Assembly: GCA_000002445.1 (NCBI GenBank)
Contig: AL929603.2
Location: 512,001 to 576,000 of the forward strand
DNA: 64,000 nt
Direction of reading: 5' to 3'
From: Trypanosoma brucei
Lineage: Eukaryota
Within the stretch, counting starts at the first letter, position 1. Every line of letters starts with the position of its first letter. Positions 1 to 10,462 of the stretch are shown here, in pieces. The position numbers and the translations under genes are program-made. The notes beneath the pieces were generated by a model. That model was given only the letters and a program-made list of their open reading frames with translations, was not told the origin of the DNA and did no database searches.

Positions 1-840
1 AGAAATGGAATTGCGAATGGGGAGGACTAACATTCCACTGCGATCCATCCGGTGTTTCTTTCGTGGAGAAGTGGTGGTGGGAAACGAACAGCACAAAAAG
101 AAAAGAGAAAAAGGAAAGGAAAGGAAAGGAAAACATAAGGGGGAGGCTTATCCCTTTTTTAATTTTTTTTTTTTAGTTTTGGTGTTTGGTTCCTTTGCTT
201 CTTCTCCTTCTTTGTTTCGTTCTCCTTCTTAGCTTTCAAATATTACATATTTCACTTGTATTTGCAATGATTTTGTTTCTTTATTTCGCCCACGTGACTT
301 TGTTCCCGTTTGCTTTTTTCCTTTGGGAGTTGGTTTGTTTGTTTGTTTTTCCCCGCGCTGCTGCGAATAAATTGTCCATTCCTCCGCTCCTTCACCCGAA
401 TTCAGTCAATTATGATGTTTTGATTTTTATTTTTTGATTGTCGTTAATTTGTTGTTGCTCTTATTTTCTTATCGTCTTTTTTTTTGTTGTTATTATTGGT
501 TTGTTCATTCGTTTGTTTGCTGGCGTAATGGAGGTGAGACAACAGTTACAGATTTTTCCCCCTCTTAATTTAGCATTCCGAAGTAAAATGTTTATAATGT
601 TACTTATAGTTAATGCTCAGATATTATTATTATTATTATTGTCAGTATTTTGTATGTATTTTGTGTGACTATTGTTTTGTTGGTGTTGGTGCTCCCCTTT
701 TATTGGTTGGTTATGAACGATATTCTTTCCATATTCAATGGAAAATCGTTAGGTTCCCTTTAAATTTATTTATTATTATTATTACATGGTATGTCTTGTT
801 TTAATATATTCTTTTTTTTTATTTCCTTTTGTCTTTTCGT

Positions 841-870
841 GTGTGTGTGTGTGTGTTTGTGTCTGTTTGT
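841..870 (+). repeat. (GT)n microsatellite
   Basis: 'gtgtgtgtgtgtgtgtttgtgtctgtttgt'. A nearby (GA)n/(GGGA)n purine run lies at ~960-1010. Confidence 0.8.
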
Positions 871-2038
871 ATTTAAATTAATATAATTGACGACACGGGT
901 GGGAGGAGGACTTATAGAAGGAAGCAGGGGGTTTTTCAGATTTGTGTTTATGGTGGCAGCTTGGGGGAAAAAAGAGAGAGGGAGGGAGGGAGAGAGAGAG
1001 AGAGAGAAGGAATAAGAAAAAAAAAATTTAATTTTAAAAAAGAAAAGAAAAGGGGTCGTACAATTTATTAGTCAGGGAATGGATGTGCAGGGAAACAAGA
1101 TGTAATAAAGGTCAAGGAAAATTAAAAAAGGAAAAGAAAAAATAAATGATTGTTCAATGATTGTTGGCGTCCTTATTATCATCATCACGTATTTCTTTTT
1201 TCCCTTTACTTCTCCTTCACCGATTTTGTTGATTTATGTATTCATTCCCATATTAACCCACGACAATATTGTGAAAGAACCAGTGATAATGCGGTATTAT
1301 GCATAGTAAAATCCCGACAAAAGGAAAGTGAGGAAAAAAAAGGAAGCAGAAAATTAAAGTAACGATTGAAATGACGTTTTTGGAATGGAAAGGAAGAGAA
1401 GGAAAGAGAAAAAAATATGAGCAAGATGGAAAAAAGCGAGGTTGGGGGAGGGAAAAAAAGGAAGAAAAAGTGAAATAAAATAAAATAAAATGGGAAACTG
1501 GCACAGTTTGTTTAGTAGGGTGTGAAGAAATGAATGTGCATGCCTCTCTCACTTTGCGTGCGTATATGCTTTTTTTTTCCTGTTTAGCGTCAATGGCTCA
1601 AGGTATGTAGAAGATCCTCAGCAGTGGTTCAGTCAGGTAAAGTAAAACAAAAAAAAAAAATAGAGGACAGTACAGGGAATCACGAATAAGAAAAAAAAAC
1701 TAGCAAGTATAGTTGACATCAAATATGTTTTGTTAGTTGCTTCCGATTTACCATTGTCATCATTATCATCTTGTTCTATATCGGAGTCTCCTCATTTTTT
1801 GCGGGGTGCCATCGCATTACGTTCATTCTTCCACATATTTCACTGCACACACGTACACTGCATCCGCTGCCTTCAAGAGAGAGGGGAAAAGAGGGAGAGC
1901 ACCAAAGTGCCTTGGACGGGAAGCGAAAATAAGTAATAAGGAACATTAATAATCATAATAACAATAACGATAAAAGTTAGACGACGAAGAACAAAAAAAA
2001 AAGAAATAAAAAACACAAAAAGATAACAGAAACAGGAG

Positions 2039-4015
2039 ATGATAGTACTTCCCACTTTTGATTTCCCGCAGCTGGAGGATGGTCACGAACCACTGACATT
2101 ACGGCAACAGCAGCAGCAGCCACCTCGTGGGGAACTGGTTAATTTGGTCCACGTGTTACCGTTTGGTCTTGCGATACAGCAACGGGCCCTCCTCACCGCT
2201 CGGCTCCTAATGGAAGAGCGACAAAAACCATCACGACGGCACGAGGACCCGAATGCTGCGGGTGCCTCCGATGGTGAAGACGACAGTGAGGGCGATGGTG
2301 ATGGCAGTGGCGAATATGGAAGAGGAGGAGGGGGAAGCTTTCAGCAACAGCAATCGTACGCATCGCGACGCAAGAAGTTTGTGAAACTGACAGAAGAGGA
2401 TTTGCAGGTTGACTGGTATGAGATACTTGGCTTAGAGCAGAGCGGAGGTGCGACCGATGAACAAATTCGCACCGCCTACCGACGACGTTGCCTTGAAACA
2501 CATCCAGACAAGCAGAAAGATCGATCAGATGCGGCCTTCAAGAAGGTGCAGCGTGCCCTTGACATCCTCGGTGACCCCGAAACGCGATTGACATACGATT
2601 CCTCACGCCCTTTCGATGACACAATACCGGCAGAAACTCTACCAACAGGAGCCGACTTCTACGCAATATTTGGTCCTGTATTCGAACGCAACAAAAGGTG
2701 GAGCACGGACCCTAGTCTCCCTTCTATTGGGAATGACAAAACAAGTTTGGAGGAAGTTAATAGGTTTTATGACCGCTGGGTGCGTTTTCAGAGCTGGCGC
2801 GACTTCTCACACATGGTAGAGCTTGATGAAATTGATGATAGCATGTGCCGCGAAGAAAAACGGTATTATATGCGTGAAAATGAGCGGCAACTTAACTGTT
2901 TACGCCGTGAGGAGCAACAGCGGTTGCGTACGTTAGTTGAGCGAGCCCGCAAAAATGATCCGCGGCTACGGCGCAAGCGTGAGGAGGACGAGGCGAAAAG
3001 GCAACGCGAGCAGAAGGAACGGGAGGACCGACGACGTCAAGCGCGTGAGGAGGGGGAGCGGCGGCGTGCAGAGGAAATGGAGCGCGAGCGTCAGAAACGG
3101 GAGGAGGAGAAGCGGAAGATAACAGACACAAAGAATGCCATTCGTCAGGCAAAAGATGATCTGATTGTCTTCCTGGAGGAGCACGGCCTTCTAGACGAGA
3201 CGGCAACGAACAAACTTTTGCGACATGCAGTGCGGCGGCCTAACATAGGGTGGATATTTTCGAAAATTAACACTGCCGAGGAGGCTGCGGGTGTTGTCTC
3301 TGAGGTGAAAAACAAGGATACGACACGCCGCGCGACGAGCACAAAAAGCGGTACGTCCAGCAACGTGGCCTCTCGCACTACCGACGAAAGTGAAGAAGAT
3401 ACTGAAGTTGAAGCCGTCATTTGCTTTAACGAACTAGTTGAGGAAAAGGAGCGCCAAATCGGTCTGACCCGGTATGGTGAAGCTGTCAAAGCCAGGCCCG
3501 AACCCAAACCACAGGAGGCAAAAAAGAAGACCGTTCCTGAATCAGTGAACAAACACGCAAAGGAGTGGGATGAGGAGGACTTGACGCGCCTGCAAAAGGC
3601 GACGGCCAAGTTTCCCCCGGGTACAGTGGAACGCTGGAGTAAAATCGCTGAGCAGTTGCGCGGTAAGTTTACCGAGGAAGAGGCAATGCAGAAGGTGAAT
3701 GAAATAACTGCGGGTCTCCATCGCAGTGGCGGTCAAACGGGAGTCGCCTCCGCCAAGCAACCGACGAGTGCAGTTGAGGGAAACGGTGCAACCGCAGCAG
3801 CGGCGCCATCAGCAGGAGGGGCCAACTCTCAGGTCGCTTCCGTGGAGGATTGGACGGTGAAGCAACAAAAGATGCTGGAGTTGGGTTTACGGGATTTAAA
3901 GGATTACAAGGAAAAGGATAAGTTTCAGAAGATTGCGGCGATGGTTGATGGAAAAAATGCCAGGGAATGCTTCGAGCGGTTTAAGTATCTCTGTGCTATG
4001 AATAAGCGCAAGTAG
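2039..4015 (+). CDS. Zuotin / DnaJC2-like ribosome-associated J-protein (J domain + zuotin homology domain + two C-terminal SANT/Myb-like repeats)
   Basis: Long ORF of 658 aa. J domain 'DWYEILGLEQSGGATDEQIRTAYRRRCLETHPDKQ' with the HPD motif. Zuotin homology domain 'EVNRFYDRWVRFQSWRDFS...LVERARKNDPRLRRKREEDE' aligns with yeast Zuo1 'EVEEFYNFWHRFDSWRTF...LVERAVSEDPRIK'. Charged Arg/Glu-rich helix follows. Two SANT-like repeats near the C-terminus ('WDEEDLTRLQKATAKFPPGTVERWSKIAEQL', 'WTVKQQKMLELGLRDLKDYKEKDKFQKIAAMV'). Confidence 0.85.
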   Translation: MIVLPTFDFPQLEDGHEPLTLRQQQQQPPRGELVNLVHVLPFGLAIQQRALLTARLLMEERQKPSRRHEDPNAAGASDGEDDSEGDGDGSGEYGRGGGGSFQQQQSYASRRKKFVKLTEEDLQVDWYEILGLEQSGGATDEQIRTAYRRRCLETHPDKQKDRSDAAFKKVQRALDILGDPETRLTYDSSRPFDDTIPAETLPTGADFYAIFGPVFERNKRWSTDPSLPSIGNDKTSLEEVNRFYDRWVRFQSWRDFSHMVELDEIDDSMCREEKRYYMRENERQLNCLRREEQQRLRTLVERARKNDPRLRRKREEDEAKRQREQKEREDRRRQAREEGERRRAEEMERERQKREEEKRKITDTKNAIRQAKDDLIVFLEEHGLLDETATNKLLRHAVRRPNIGWIFSKINTAEEAAGVVSEVKNKDTTRRATSTKSGTSSNVASRTTDESEEDTEVEAVICFNELVEEKERQIGLTRYGEAVKARPEPKPQEAKKKTVPESVNKHAKEWDEEDLTRLQKATAKFPPGTVERWSKIAEQLRGKFTEEEAMQKVNEITAGLHRSGGQTGVASAKQPTSAVEGNGATAAAAPSAGGANSQVASVEDWTVKQQKMLELGLRDLKDYKEKDKFQKIAAMVDGKNARECFERFKYLCAMNKRK

Positions 4016-4244
4016 CAATTTTTTTTTTCGCTATTTTTTTTTTTTACTCGCCTCCCTATAAAACATACATGGTCACGGTGCACGATACTCTTTCTCACCT
4101 TAAAAGTAAGTGTACGTGAGGTTAACAGTGGTATCGGCGCGCTGGGCGTCGCCACCGGGCATGCGGTTGCAGCACCCCTTCCAAAGTAAATATCGTACAG
4201 TCACAAAGCTGGAAGTTCAAACTCCGGATTTTCTTCTTTTTTTG

Positions 4245-4400
4245 GGTGTGTGTGTGTGTGTGGTGTTGCGGTTTTCTTCGACAGAACTGCACGATTTGAT
4301 TCTGTGTTGCCGTCTGTCCCAAGCCCTACACAATTGCAAAAAAAAAAAAGCTTTCCCACCTTTCTTGCCATTCACTCAACACACACACACACACACAACA
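4245..4400 (+). repeat. Inverted microsatellite pair (GT)9 ... (CA)9 separated by ~120 nt in the zuotin-YIF1 intergenic region
   Basis: 'gtgtgtgtgtgtgtgtgg' at ~4245-4262 and 'cacacacacacacacaaca' at ~4380-4398. (GT)n and (AC)n are reverse complements, so the RNA could form a long-range stem. Confidence 0.7.
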
Positions 4401-4569
4401 AACAAACAGCTCCTGTCACGCGTTTTTGTCCATTGGGAAAATAGGGTTGGGAGCAAACTGGAGGTTGTAAAGGAGAAGGGAGGGAAAAAGGAAACAAGGG
4501 GGCGGCGACGTGCTCCCAGAAAAAATAAATAAATAAAATAGGTAACAGTAACGTGGTTACAATTCGTGT

Positions 4570-5472
4570 ATGGACTCCTTTGGAAACCAGAAACATCCGA
4601 TGAGGCAACAACAACAACAACAGTCGCCTGGGTACCCTGACCAATCTTCATGGGGAGGAACGCAACAGAATGCGATGCTAGAGATCGGGATGCAATACGG
4701 GCAGAATGTCCTTCAAGAAAAAAGTCAAGGTTTTATGAGCTACATATCCGTCGTCACGGGATTCCGCCGTTATTTTCGTGTAGATAACCAGTACGTCAAA
4801 CGCAAGCTCACTATGTTGCTATTCCCTTTTCTATTCAGCATGAAAAAAACAGAGGGTTATAGCAACAACGACTATGAGGAAAGGCGGTATCCTTCAGGAT
4901 TTGGGGGCGATTCGCCTCCTCCGATGCAAGGCGGCAGTTGGTCACCGACATCAACACAAAGCACGGAACAGGTGCCTCCACCAACTGAAGACGTACATGC
5001 ATTTGACTTATATGTGCCACTGATGGGTGCTATAACGTACGTAATCCTTTCTGGTTTCCTCTATGGACTACATCACAACAGCGTGCCGAATGAACAACTT
5101 GTAGGGCCCGCTTGGTCGCTGCTATTTTGGCTTCAAGTGGAAGTTTTCATTCTGAAGCTCGTGTGTCACCTTCTTCGCACCACACCGGCATCAACCATAC
5201 TCGAGCTCACCGCACTATGTTCCTACAAATACATCACGATTTGCCTTGCTGTGTTGCTGAGAGAGGTTTTGCGTTTGGAAGGTGAAACTGTGTATACTTG
5301 GGCAATACTTTTATATGTTGTGCTTGCCAATGCCACATTTGCCGCCAAAACTTTGATGCGCTCGCACCAACGAGAGCAACGCGTTCCGTACAACGCAAAG
5401 GTTTTTGCATATGTTACTGCACTTCTGCAGGCACCCATGACTCTTTGGCTCGCGATACGGCCCTTTCAGTAG
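4570..5472 (+). CDS. YIF1-like (Yip1-interacting factor) Golgi/ER transport membrane protein
   Basis: 300-aa ORF. The Gln-rich N-terminus is followed by the YIF1 signature 'GMQYG...YFRVDNQYVKRKLTMLLFPFL' (cf. human YIF1 'YFAVDTMYVGRKLGLLFFPYL'). Also 'FDLYVPLMGAITYVI' (cf. 'PDLYIPAMAFITYVL') and 'SYKYITI' (cf. 'GYKYVGM'). Multiple C-terminal hydrophobic helices. Confidence 0.8.
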   Translation: MDSFGNQKHPMRQQQQQQSPGYPDQSSWGGTQQNAMLEIGMQYGQNVLQEKSQGFMSYISVVTGFRRYFRVDNQYVKRKLTMLLFPFLFSMKKTEGYSNNDYEERRYPSGFGGDSPPPMQGGSWSPTSTQSTEQVPPPTEDVHAFDLYVPLMGAITYVILSGFLYGLHHNSVPNEQLVGPAWSLLFWLQVEVFILKLVCHLLRTTPASTILELTALCSYKYITICLAVLLREVLRLEGETVYTWAILLYVVLANATFAAKTLMRSHQREQRVPYNAKVFAYVTALLQAPMTLWLAIRPFQ

Positions 5473-5753
5473 GCACGTGCGACTGATAGTTACGTTCCCA
5501 TTCATGTGTGTTGTGCGTGCCAATTGATATTCCACATATGGAGGAACTGCAAGGAAGTTGGTTTGTCCCTTGCGCTGTTCCACACGCAGCTTTCATTAGT
5601 GTTATTGGTGTTGCAATTGTTGTTGTTGTTGTTGTTGTTTTTTTATACAGTTGGTTTACCTGACACTTCCTTCCTCGACCTGAAACCTATCGCGGTGCCT
5701 TCTTTTGTGTTTTGTGTGTTTCCGCCGTATTCTTCAACCGGTACCTGTGCATA

Positions 5754-6431
5754 ATGGCCACCGAAGCGGAGAAGGCGCAGGTAGGAACGCATCCCATCCA
5801 AGAAACAAATAAATTAATTAGTAGTTCGAACGTAATGAATAATGAGCGACCGGCGGCGTGGAACTTGAAGGGCCGCAGCGCAGTTGCCGCCTTCGATCCC
5901 GTTACACGCCACCGTATCCTCCAGTCCCAAACAATGGCCGCTTGCTTTCATCGTCCGCTAATGGCAACGATGGAGGACCTCATTTCCGTGTCGTACGTCG
6001 GCGGATTGAGTGGTCCACTGCGCAAACCTGAACCGTTTATTTGCCTTATTGCGAGGGTGCTGCAAATAACGCCAAACACCGCTATTGTGATGGCAATGCT
6101 TCGGCAGGACGTGCATAAATATTTGCGCGTTGCGGCACTCTTCATCATTAGGCTTATTGGAAATGGCACCGCGATGCGTGAGGCTCTTAGGATAGGATGG
6201 AATGACTACAGGAAAATACGCGTCTATGGAAGCAAAGATGATTGTACATGTGAAACTAAAAGCCAAGATGGTGAAAAAGCGGATACGAATGAAGTGGAGG
6301 GGGAGGCGCTGGTGGCGGCGCCAATTCACGCAATCATGTGCGTAGATGAAATCACGGATCGTTTGTTCAACACCGGGCGAGAGGGTTACAGCAGCACATG
6401 GTTAGGAGTTAACTTTTCTCCGCTCCTGTGA
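5754..6431 (+). CDS. PRP38: PRP38-family pre-mRNA splicing factor
   Basis: 'KPEPFICLIARVLQITPNTAIVMAMLRQDVHKYLRVAALFIIRLIGNGTAMREALRIGWNDYRKIR' aligns closely with human PRP38A 'KPTPFLCLTLKMLQIQPEKDIIVEFIKNEDFKYVRMLGALYMRLTGTAIDCYKYLEPLYNDYRKIK'. 'MCVDEITDRLF' matches 'MHVDEFIDELL'. The start is placed at the in-frame Met 'MATEAEK' (5754) rather than the upstream ATG at 5712. Confidence 0.8.
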   Translation: MATEAEKAQVGTHPIQETNKLISSSNVMNNERPAAWNLKGRSAVAAFDPVTRHRILQSQTMAACFHRPLMATMEDLISVSYVGGLSGPLRKPEPFICLIARVLQITPNTAIVMAMLRQDVHKYLRVAALFIIRLIGNGTAMREALRIGWNDYRKIRVYGSKDDCTCETKSQDGEKADTNEVEGEALVAAPIHAIMCVDEITDRLFNTGREGYSSTWLGVNFSPLL

Positions 6432-8147
6432 AGCACCCTGTCGCCGCGTACAGTTGGGGATGCGATGGGTGCAATATGGAAGGAAAATTAACTGTGACGG
6501 GTGCGACGTCACCGGAATAGGGGGCATTTCTCCTGCAGAATCAGTCCCCGGAACGTAACCCCGTCCCCGTGCTCTCGATGTTTCTCCTCTCTTTCTTTTT
6601 TTTAAACTCGTGCGTGCAAGGAAATGAGAAAGGAGTAGGAAGTTCTCCCTTCGGTTTGTTTCCACATCCCAGGATTCCGTTCAGATATTTTCACGGTACC
6701 GGTGCCGGGATCTGCGCCCGTGTTTTGCGATAGGAGTTCGACGCGGATGTGGTGGTAAACAGACATTGAGGAAAGGGAAGCCTTCAACACAAATGGAAAG
6801 CGCTGACGGAAGGAATCACACGAAGCAGGAATGAGGAGACGGTTCGACACATCGGCCGGATGCGCAACGTAAGTAATAGGGATTTGGGGTTCCTAAAACC
6901 GACGAATAAATTTAAAGACGCCCAGTCTTCCAGCACCCGCTACACATTCCATGCGAATGTTTTGCGTCGTCTGGAGAGTCCGCGAGCAACAGGCTCCAAC
7001 GGCGGTTTACCTTCGATGGGGTGGCTGGCGCCACATCTCCTCATTCGTACGGGAGCGACTTATGTGTTGCCCTCCTGAGGAAATAACTGGAAGGGAGAAG
7101 CGGAGCGGCTCAACCCAATACTGGAAAGTTCACACAGGAAGCCGTTGGAGCGCAAGCACGTATGGTGGTATCACCACCTGAGTTTCGTGCTTTGGAGGGA
7201 AATTAAACAAACCCTAACTCATAAATGCCTCCGCCCGAGTGCTTCCTCTCCTCTTTGAATCACCCATCATCCGCATATGGTGGATGCGGGGATTTATTGT
7301 CATTATTATCGTTGGCGTTACTTGCGAGCAGCGGCCGCATTCGACTACTGGTCCCTCTCCTTTTTTAGTTAGCGGAAAGGGACGGTCGCAGGAGGGGAAG
7401 CGTTTAAAGTAATTTACAAATGTGAAGGTGGAGAATTCAGCACCGTGTCGCCGCGTGGTCCGCAATTCCCTTTCAGCAAGCACACGTGGGAGCCGGGGTT
7501 CCGTGAAGGTCTTCCAGACCACCCAACACCACGACTGGAGGAAAAGGCCCGCATTATGCCTTCATTTTCATATTTAAGGGCGAGGAATTTAAGAACAAAA
7601 ACAGATAAGAAAAACGAAAGACATGGCGCGGCACATTTGCAGCAACCGTGCGCGTACTCAGATTTATGGTGAGGTGGACTGTTCTAGATGTCAGTGGCAG
7701 CAAAGAAAAACAACTAGACCAGTAACAACCGCTAGCCGCATGGCGGAACGCGACGGCCGGCACCCACACATAACGGTGTCCGCAGCTAAGCGCACGTCAT
7801 TACTTACCGTGTAATGCAAATATCAACCCGGCAATCGTGAAGGAAGTTAACTAACCCATCCCTCCTTCAGGTGGCAAGACGACCCCGGTTTCCATTTGCA
7901 ATTCACTTAAGCCTCTGTCCCGGTTCCATTCAACATCCCCGCCAAATGCCAGCTCCAGTCAGTTAGCATCCTGCTTCCCCAACACGTAAAAAATAAATAC
8001 GGGATTGGTCCCGATGCTTCGTTTTCCCCTCTCCTCCACATCTTTGAATTATCGACGGGTTTAAGCGGCCCGTTTCTTCAGCACCGTAACACAATTAGCC
8101 GAGACTGCTCTCACCCCCATCCGAAGCAGCGATACAAACAGAACACA

Positions 8148-8290
8148 ATGTACCACAACAAATACCAACACAAAATGTTCACAAATCACAGCACTCGTTA
8201 CCCACAATTCCGCGTACGAAAGCACACAGAGGAAAAATTGTACACTATTTCACACGGAGGCAGTGGGTGTCACAAATATCCAATCATCGC
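8148..8290 (+). repeat. Dispersed direct repeat copy A (~130-140 bp), partner at 12293-12410
   Basis: 'atgtaccacaacaaataccaacacaaaatgttcacaaatcacagcactcgttacccacaattccgcg...cggaggcagtgggtgtcacaaatatc' vs 'atgtcacaacaaatatcaacacgaaatattcactaatcacaacactcgttacccacaattccatat...cggaagcagtgtgtgtcacaaatgta'. Roughly 80% identity, same orientation, 4145 bp apart. The two copies bracket the minus-strand VSG-related gene. Confidence 0.85.
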
Positions 8291-9079
8291 TGAAAACAAA
8301 CATAAGCACGACAACGAATGTGAAGGAAATCCCAACCACATACACGTGTACCCAGGACTAAACACCATCAGGCTGGCACTTTGGATTGGAAGTCGAATCT
8401 ACGCAAAAGATAGTGTTCACCAAGAACCTTGCACAATTCCTCCTAGAACTTGAGAAACCCCTCATTCCCTTCCAACATGTACTTTCTTCATTCTGGAGGA
8501 ACACTCCACTCAAGGAGAGACTACATACAATGTTGCCTTCCGTATAAGTGGAAATTGTAACCCCTCGCCCCTGTACATTTGGATCGTAAAAAGGTATGTA
8601 GAAGTCTTGGGACCCCAAATACGGTATTACAGCCATAGCGAATGTTTGACAATTAAATTGTCAGTAACCCGCACTTGCCCCTTACAACTAGTTCCAACCT
8701 AACCTATACAAGTCATTAATAAGACAAATATAGTATTATCTGACACAGATAGTAACAAGCTAATAGCACACTCACAACAGAGCATAATATACAAAAAGAG
8801 TTACATAAAGTTTCTAGCTCCCTTGAGATGTCATGGCATCACCAGAGAGCTCTCCAAACAAACCACCGCTATCTTGATAACGGCACTCAGCATTGCTGGC
8901 AGTTACTGCTAAACAAAAAAAATGATACAACATTCATTATTCATCTTAACAAAACAAATTCATATGATATTACTTATACACTCACATATTTAAGAATTAA
9001 ACAATATGCACACGTGTACATGCACAAACCATTAAAAAAACAAGATGCTACGCAACAATGTTGGTAACGTAACAATAAA

Positions 9080-10462
9080 CTAAAACATACAAAAAAGGGA
9101 AAGAATTAATAGCATAACAACACCAGTTTTCACATCTATATAATAGAAACAATCATTATTTACCCCAGTATCATAACCTTCACTGTCACTTTCACCTTGA
9201 GCTCGGTTACTTTTCCATAGCCCAGCATCACCACCAAGTTTCACCTCAAGAAATATTTCCTCTGCCTCATGTTGGTATTCTTCCAATTCGTGAAGATGAC
9301 TGTCAGACTCTTTGGCATACTTTGCCATTTCTTGTAGTTGCTCGGTGGCGTTAGTAAGATGGTTGTACCAAGGAATCCCACCATTTTCAAGTGTGTGATT
9401 GTAACTGACACATGTGAATCCAGCAGTGTAACCCAGGCACGTGCTATTCTCGTTATGGTCTGTTCTCACGTAGCCAAGAATACCCTTTACCTGATGGCCA
9501 TTCTGTCCCAAATTCACTAATGCATCAAACTGAGCTAATGCACTCTTTAAGGTTTTCACATTAGATGCAACATTTTTGTATGCACAAGCCTTACTAATCA
9601 CATCCCAAGCCTCAGTATGGTTGTATTTTATTTTCTTAGGGTCGCACTTGCTGTTATCACCTTTACAAGAATCAGCCATCATAGTCCAACTACCATTTTC
9701 AGGTCTCCTTATTTCATCCTTGCAAGGACAGTTATATCCATTATATATATTGTCATCACTACTGTCTTCGACATCTGAATCATGGTGATGTGTCCCTCTC
9801 TCTTCTTTCTTAACAATGTCGATAGCCTCCCCAACACATAGGCAGAAGAAGTCATTAATTAGTGTCTTTCCAACTAGCTTGTCTCCAAAAGAACCGCAGC
9901 TCGTGGCTGCATTGTAGACACTATTGAACAGCAGTGATTTGTTTCCTCTCATGGCTTCCTCCAGAGTTTTATTCTCATTTCTTGCCACATCCACAGCGTC
10001 GCCATACACAGCTCTCAACATATTTTCCTCAGCAGAACGACTTGCATTTAGCGATCTTGTCCTATTCACTTCTATTTCTTCCTTAAGTTTTTTAGCCTTC
10101 TCAAATAGTTTCTTCATCTCCTGATATGCTGTCGTGCTGTTAGATGAATTGCTCGAGCCCTTATTGCCAGCAACAGTTTCTGCCTCACTGACCATTTCCT
10201 CCAACTTCTTCAGAATCTCTCCTTCCTTCTCACGATTCTTAAAGGAGGGTTGTGGGGCCTCTGCTTGCGTGATTCGGTAAATCCTGCACAGTGTCTCGAA
10301 TTCACCAACGTTGTGGTGCTTTTCTTCTTGATGGACATTATCCCTGATCGCCCTCCAATCAATCAACTCGGGGGTCCACTTGAAAGACCACATATCACCC
10401 TGAGAGGAAGGAGATAAGACAGCCGCAAGCAACGCAATGGCAAACACTGTTTCGCGCCTCAT
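9080..10462 (-). CDS. VSG-related / VSG-like GPI-anchored surface glycoprotein (lone antisense gene)
   Basis: Minus-strand ORF. Start placed at 'MRRETVFAIALLAAVLSPSSQG' (signal-peptide-like). The in-frame upstream extension 'MSLNNNND...' is rejected. The protein has a long helical/coiled N-terminal region and many N-glycosylation sequons (NSS, NST, NRT, NAS, NKT, NHT, NGS, NAT...). It is Cys-rich in the middle and C-terminal parts ('FFCLCVGEA', 'YNCPCKDE', 'DSCKGDNSKCD') and ends in a hydrophobic GPI-signal-like tail 'GVVMLLILSLFCMF'. Size (~460 aa) and architecture are typical of trypanosome VSG/VSG-related proteins. Exact family not resolved. Confidence 0.6.
   Translation of the reverse strand: MRRETVFAIALLAAVLSPSSQGDMWSFKWTPELIDWRAIRDNVHQEEKHHNVGEFETLCRIYRITQAEAPQPSFKNREKEGEILKKLEEMVSEAETVAGNKGSSNSSNSTTAYQEMKKLFEKAKKLKEEIEVNRTRSLNASRSAEENMLRAVYGDAVDVARNENKTLEEAMRGNKSLLFNSVYNAATSCGSFGDKLVGKTLINDFFCLCVGEAIDIVKKEERGTHHHDSDVEDSSDDNIYNGYNCPCKDEIRRPENGSWTMMADSCKGDNSKCDPKKIKYNHTEAWDVISKACAYKNVASNVKTLKSALAQFDALVNLGQNGHQVKGILGYVRTDHNENSTCLGYTAGFTCVSYNHTLENGGIPWYNHLTNATEQLQEMAKYAKESDSHLHELEEYQHEAEEIFLEVKLGGDAGLWKSNRAQGESDSEGYDTGVNNDCFYYIDVKTGVVMLLILSLFCMF

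Noticed and set aside
1-2038. Several 60-100 codon ORFs (5-232, 186-437, 438-668, 1253-1552) at the window start
   Set aside because: Poly-T/poly-A driven hydrophobic low-complexity translations in AT-rich spacer. No homology or coding periodicity apparent.
5712-5753. Upstream ATG giving a 14-aa hydrophobic extension to PRP38
   Set aside because: The extension 'MCVSAVFFNRYLCI' does not resemble PRP38 N-termini. The Met at 5754 begins a plausible acidic N-terminus.
6432-9080. Possible tRNA or snRNA gene in the convergent strand-switch region
   Set aside because: Scanned for T-loop (GGTTCGANTCC-like) and A-box motifs. The only 'gttcga' occurrences (6727, 6840) lack flanking complementary stems. 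Cannot support a call without tRNAscan or Infernal.
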